IMG/VR virus record: IMGVR_UViG_3300020042_007659
Span: 1-28,994 of that record
Length of the DNA: 28,994 nt
Source: a virus
Taxonomy: Duplodnaviria; Caudoviricetes
Reading direction: 5' to 3' (one strand)
The position numbers were made by a program, and so were the translations under genes. The notes beneath the pieces were generated by a model. It was not told where the DNA came from and made no database searches. It saw only the letters and a program-made list of their open reading frames with translations. Positions 25,058 through 28,994 of the stretch are shown here, in pieces. The number at the start of each line of letters is the position of its first letter. The stretch's first letter is position 1.

Positions 25058-25285
25058 ATGAAAAGATCATACTTTAATAGTCGCAAAGATACTCGTTACG
25101 CAGAGGAAGAAGTACCTGCAACGCGTTATTCATATGGTTTGAACATACCTAAATCAGGTGCGTTTCAAGCCTGTCTTTGTGCTGATAAAGATAATATTAC
25201 CTACAGCAAGAAATGTTGTAAGGGTTATTTATTTAATCAGGGTATTGGGCAAACAATGTCCCCATATCCGTCAGGTAGCAATTAA
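25058..25285 (+). CDS. Small Cys-rich protein (CLC...TYS..CC.G.L..Q..G), copy 1
   Basis: 75 aa; ACLCADKDNITYSKKCCKGYLFNQGIG. Confidence 0.7.
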   Translation: MKRSYFNSRKDTRYAEEEVPATRYSYGLNIPKSGAFQACLCADKDNITYSKKCCKGYLFNQGIGQTMSPYPSGSN

Positions 25286-25530
25286 TGAAGAATTACATTA
25301 GTAAAAAGGTAACCAATCCAAACGCTAGTCAAAGTACTCCTGTTCATTCATATGGTAAGTCTGGTGTTAGAGCTGGTTCACGTTTAGCTTGCTTATGTGC
25401 TAATAGAAACACATATAGTAAAGAATGTTGTAAAGGCTATTTACTAAACCAAACAGTTGGTAATACAATATCACCATATCCATACCCTGGAAGAGCATTT
25501 AGTAACGGATTCAGTGATGGATTCTCTTAA
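25285..25530 (+). CDS. Small Cys-rich protein, copy 2
   Basis: 81 aa; ACLCANRNTYSKECCKGYLLNQTVG; ends AFSNGFSDGFS; TAATG-coupled to copy 1. Confidence 0.7.
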   Translation: MKNYISKKVTNPNASQSTPVHSYGKSGVRAGSRLACLCANRNTYSKECCKGYLLNQTVGNTISPYPYPGRAFSNGFSDGFS

Positions 25531-25542
25531 TAAAAACAAATT

Positions 25543-28500
25543 ATGCCGTATACTCGTGGTGACATTTTAATACAGAATGGTTCTAGTTTCCCTAATAACA
25601 ACTCAGGTCAAATTACACCTGCTGACTTAAGGGACTTTAACTCTAATTTTGTTGATTCAGTTTACTTTTTAGACGAACCTGTTCCATTAGCCACTTCGGC
25701 TTCTTATGCTGCTACAGCTAGTGTTGCTATATTAGCTCAAAACGCTACTAATGCACAAAATGCTGTTTCAGCTTCATTCGCTACACAAGCACAAAACGCA
25801 GTTACTGCTACTACAGCAACTACTGCTCAAACAGCTATTTCAGCATCGTATGCTGCTACATCTAGCGTTGCTATTAGTGTTACTTCAGCATCATTTGCTA
25901 CAACAGCTATTTCAGCATCGTATGCTTCACAAGCACAGAATGCAAATACTGCTACATCAGCGTCTTACGCTCAGCAAGCAACATCAGCGTCATTTGCTTC
26001 AACTGCAAATTCATCTTCTTATGCTTTAACAGCATCGTTTGCTTTAAATGCTGGAACAACAATTAGTACAGGTAGTTTTGTAACTACATCTTCATTCAAT
26101 GCATATACCGCATCTACAAATACGTTTACTAGTTCAATACAAACGCAAGTAAACAGCTTACAATCGGCTACTTCATCTTATGTGACAAATAGTCAAACGA
26201 GCAGTATGAGCGTTTTAAGCGCTTCTTTTGCATTAACTGCTTCATATGCTCAAAATGCTGGAACTACAGTTGATACAGGATCGTTTGTAACAACATCATC
26301 ATTCAATGCATATACTGGTAGTACAAATACGTTTACTCAATCGATTCAGTCACAAGTAAATGGATTACAAGCAGCTACTTCTTCATATGTTACAAACAGT
26401 CAGACATCATCTATGTCTGTTGCTAGTGCATCTGTAGCTACATCAGCTAGCTTTGCTTCAAATGCAGGTAATGCTTTAACGGCTACATCAGCTTCATTTG
26501 CTACAACAGCAGGATTTGCACAAACAATAGCAAGTGGTTTAAATATCACTGCATCAAACATATTAGTAAACAATAACTTAACTGTATTAGGTACAGCGTC
26601 ATTTGCTTACACTAGAACAACAACTGGATCTGCAGTAATAATAGGTGATGAATTTATCATCTTAAACGCAGATACTCCTACAGCACCGTTTGCTGGTATT
26701 AAAGTTTATGATACTGGATCAGCATCAACTGCTTCATTTGAATGGAACGGAAATGGTGATTATTGGATTCAAGTAGATGAAGCTGGTGAATCAGCAGCAT
26801 TCTTAACTGGTGCTTCAGGATCTAAAGGATCAGAAGTATTCCCTACAGCAAATAGATTAACTAAGGGTTCAGGTAATAATACTATATTAGATACAAATAT
26901 TACCGATAATGGAAGTACTGTATCAATTAATTCAAATACGTTAGTAACTGGTAGCTTAAATGTTACTGCAGGTATTACAGGTAGTTTATTAGGAACTGCT
27001 TCGTTTGCTACTACTGCATCATTTGCTTTAAATGTAGTATCAACACCAACAGGTAGTTTTGCAACTACAGGTTCAAATACATTCATTGGTAATCAAACTA
27101 TCACAGGTAGTTTATTCGTATCTGGTAATATCAATATGGTGAATGGTGCTGATATAGTAACACACCATGTTAAAGCACCAGCATCTAATGGAGTTGAAAT
27201 ACAAAATAATACCGCTGGAGTAGTAGCATTATTTGGAGCAGGTGGTAGTTTGGGAACAACATTTAATGGTCAAGTAAATGCAACAGCATTTTCAGGTTCA
27301 GGTGCTTTAGTATTTGGAGTTATTAGTTCATCATTTGCTACAACAGCATCATTTGCTTCAACAGCAAGTTTCTATGGTGGTAGTGTTGTTAGTTCTAGTT
27401 ATGCATTAAGTGCTTCACAAGCAGAAAATGCTAATACTGCTACTTCAGCATCATTCGCTACTTCAGCATCATTTGCTCAAAACGCAGTTAGTGCTTCATT
27501 TGCTCCATCTTCACCAGCATTTCCGTTTACAGGATCAGCTGGTATTAGTGGTAGTTTAATTATAAACAATAATTTAACAATTACAGGATCAAGTACAGCC
27601 CCAAGTAGACTTGATTTAAAAACATTTAGTACATCTGCAACTAGCTTTCCCATTAATCAGTTTGTTACTGAATCTGGATTATCAAATATAATATTTGGTA
27701 GTAACATTATAATGGGTACGACAGGTAATACATCAACAGCATCATTTGATTTAACTGGTTCTCAAAACTATATTAATTTAACTTCCTTAGGCTCAAATGC
27801 TAATGCTATAGCAGGTAGAAAAACTGGATTTAGTGGCAGACAAAACTTTGTATTTACTATTGCAAATGTTACTGGATCTAATTTAAGTGTACCTGCTTAT
27901 ACTACTAGTTGGGTGGGAGCGTCACTTACTATTACAAATAATGTTTCTACTGCTACTAGTATTTCCAATAGTTTTATAAATTCTGCAGCTACAATTAATC
28001 AAACATCAGGTAGTGTTACGATTCAGAATACAAATCTTAATGCAACTTCTACATTAACTAACACATGGGCAAGTAGTTCTCTTAATTTAACAACTTCTCA
28101 ATTATTAGGTACTTTTACTGCTACTACTTTTACTACATCATCTGACAGTGCTAAAAATTTTCAAGCAGTACAAAATAGTTTTGTAGCGGGAACAATATCT
28201 CTATTTATTAAAAGCGGAAGTTTAGGTAGTGGTGGTGGTATATTAAATTCAATAGTAGCAACAAATAACCTCACAGTAACAGGTAGTGCTGGTACAACAG
28301 GTAGTGCTGCAATATTTGGATCATGGCCAGTACAAGATGGTAGATTAAATGATTTTGATCATATTAGACTTGCTGTTGGTACAGGTACAGCTGCTAGTGG
28401 TAGTAGAAGAACATCATTATATGTTAGTTCATCAGGCGATACAGTAATACAAAATAACTTATTAGTAACAGGTAGTACTACATTCAGTGGTAGTATGGTT

Positions 28501-28994
28501 GTAACAGGATCTCTAACTGTAGGAGTTACAACACCAGAATTACAAGTATTAGATACAGGTGTAACTTTAGGTAATGCTTTAAGTGATGTTCATACAGTAA
28601 CAGGTTCACTTAGTATTACTGGTAGCTTAAATGCTGCAAGTATAACTGGATCGTTATTAGGCACAGCATCATTTGCTAATAACTCAACCAGCGCATCTTA
28701 CGCTTTAAACGCAACATCTGCTTCGTTTGCACAAACAGCTAGTTTCTATGGAGGAACAGTTGTTTCCGCTTCTTATGCATTAAATTCAACGTCTGCTTCA
28801 TATGCTTTAACAGCATCATTCGCCTTAAATGGTGGTGGTGGTGCAGCGTTTCCTTATACTGGTAGTGCTCAAATTACAGGTAGTTTAGGTGTTACAGGTA
28901 GTACTAGAGGCAATGTAGTAACTGTTACAGCAGTAAGTCAAACAGCATCTATTGATTTAAATGCAGGTAATGCCTTTATGTTTTATGCTACTGC
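25543..28994 (+). CDS. Long Ser/Thr/Ala-rich tail fibre-like protein, 3'-truncated by the window end (>1150 aa; absent from ORF track)
   Basis: ATG at 25543 (MPYTRGDILIQNGSSFPNNNSGQITPADLRDFN...). No in-frame stop seen to the window end. Has SASFA/TASYA repeats and modules shared with 11369..12475. Confidence 0.8.
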   Translation, partial: MPYTRGDILIQNGSSFPNNNSGQITPADLRDFNSNFVDSVYFLDEPVPLATSASYAATASVAILAQNATNAQNAVSASFATQAQNAVTATTATTAQTAISASYAATSSVAISVTSASFATTAISASYASQAQNANTATSASYAQQATSASFASTANSSSYALTASFALNAGTTISTGSFVTTSSFNAYTASTNTFTSSIQTQVNSLQSATSSYVTNSQTSSMSVLSASFALTASYAQNAGTTVDTGSFVTTSSFNAYTGSTNTFTQSIQSQVNGLQAATSSYVTNSQTSSMSVASASVATSASFASNAGNALTATSASFATTAGFAQTIASGLNITASNILVNNNLTVLGTASFAYTRTTTGSAVIIGDEFIILNADTPTAPFAGIKVYDTGSASTASFEWNGNGDYWIQVDEAGESAAFLTGASGSKGSEVFPTANRLTKGSGNNTILDTNITDNGSTVSINSNTLVTGSLNVTAGITGSLLGTASFATTASFALNVVSTPTGSFATTGSNTFIGNQTITGSLFVSGNINMVNGADIVTHHVKAPASNGVEIQNNTAGVVALFGAGGSLGTTFNGQVNATAFSGSGALVFGVISSSFATTASFASTASFYGGSVVSSSYALSASQAENANTATSASFATSASFAQNAVSASFAPSSPAFPFTGSAGISGSLIINNNLTITGSSTAPSRLDLKTFSTSATSFPINQFVTESGLSNIIFGSNIIMGTTGNTSTASFDLTGSQNYINLTSLGSNANAIAGRKTGFSGRQNFVFTIANVTGSNLSVPAYTTSWVGASLTITNNVSTATSISNSFINSAATINQTSGSVTIQNTNLNATSTLTNTWASSSLNLTTSQLLGTFTATTFTTSSDSAKNFQAVQNSFVAGTISLFIKSGSLGSGGGILNSIVATNNLTVTGSAGTTGSAAIFGSWPVQDGRLNDFDHIRLAVGTGTAASGSRRTSLYVSSSGDTVIQNNLLVTGSTTFSGSMVVTGSLTVGVTTPELQVLDTGVTLGNALSDVHTVTGSLSITGSLNAASITGSLLGTASFANNSTSASYALNATSASFAQTASFYGGTVVSASYALNSTSASYALTASFALNGGGGAAFPYTGSAQITGSLGVTGSTRGNVVTVTAVSQTASIDLNAGNAFMFYAT
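26023..26430 (+). repeat. Tandem 207-nt (69-aa) duplication inside the long fibre gene
   Basis: TCATTCAATGCATATAC at 26092 and 26299; 'ALTAS.A.NAGTT..TGSFVTTSSFNAYT.STNTFT.SIQ.QVN.LQ.ATSSYVTNSQTSSMSV' occurs twice. Confidence 0.85.

Noticed and set aside
25700-26520. CRISPR-like or DNA tandem array
   Set aside because: Repeats are degenerate protein-level SAS(F/Y)A units with no constant repeat-spacer period.
2042-27086. Numerous antisense or alternate-frame ORFs in the track (e.g. 2042, 3335, 7086, 13080, 14315, 16299, 16587, 19371, 24341, 25751, 26769)
   Set aside because: They lie on top of well-supported genes, lack start context or motifs, and reflect biased codon use on the coding strand.
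11717-27115. Diversity-generating retroelement (template/variable repeat) between the fibre repeats
   Set aside because: No reverse transcriptase is present; differences are mostly synonymous and not adenine-specific, and all copies are coding.

Overview
AT-rich (roughly one-third GC by eye), densely coded segment of a tailed dsDNA phage, most likely a siphovirus of a Bacteroidota host. The host inference rests on AT-rich start regions without Shine-Dalgarno motifs and TTGG-N19-TATATTTA promoters. It may be nearly a whole small genome. The + strand carries a Gly-rich virion protein, scaffold, major capsid, tail tube, portal, head-tail proteins, tail-tip and fibre proteins, tape measure, a multi-domain prohead protease and a holin-like protein. 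After a divergent control region (about 19330-19520) come zinc-finger proteins, an ECF-type sigma factor, two GIY-YIG nucleases, TerS, TerL, a tail chaperone, two Cys-rich paralogues, and a >1150-codon fibre gene that runs off the end and is missing from the ORF track. The - strand has a short DUF6291-like replication-initiator operon. Most interesting observations: (1) a two-hairpin leader with complementary loops (kissing loop) upstream of the initiator gene, which itself contains helically phased iteron-like repeats; (2) a -1 frameshift in the tail chaperone whose shifted frame has one in-frame TAG; (3) a copy of the capsid N-terminal peptide inside the prohead protease; (4) a [ST]-[GAS]-S tripeptide saturating surface virion proteins; (5) a repeated AATRAA-N13-GTTAYA late-promoter motif plus a phage sigma factor. 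All product calls come from motif recognition and synteny; no database search was run.
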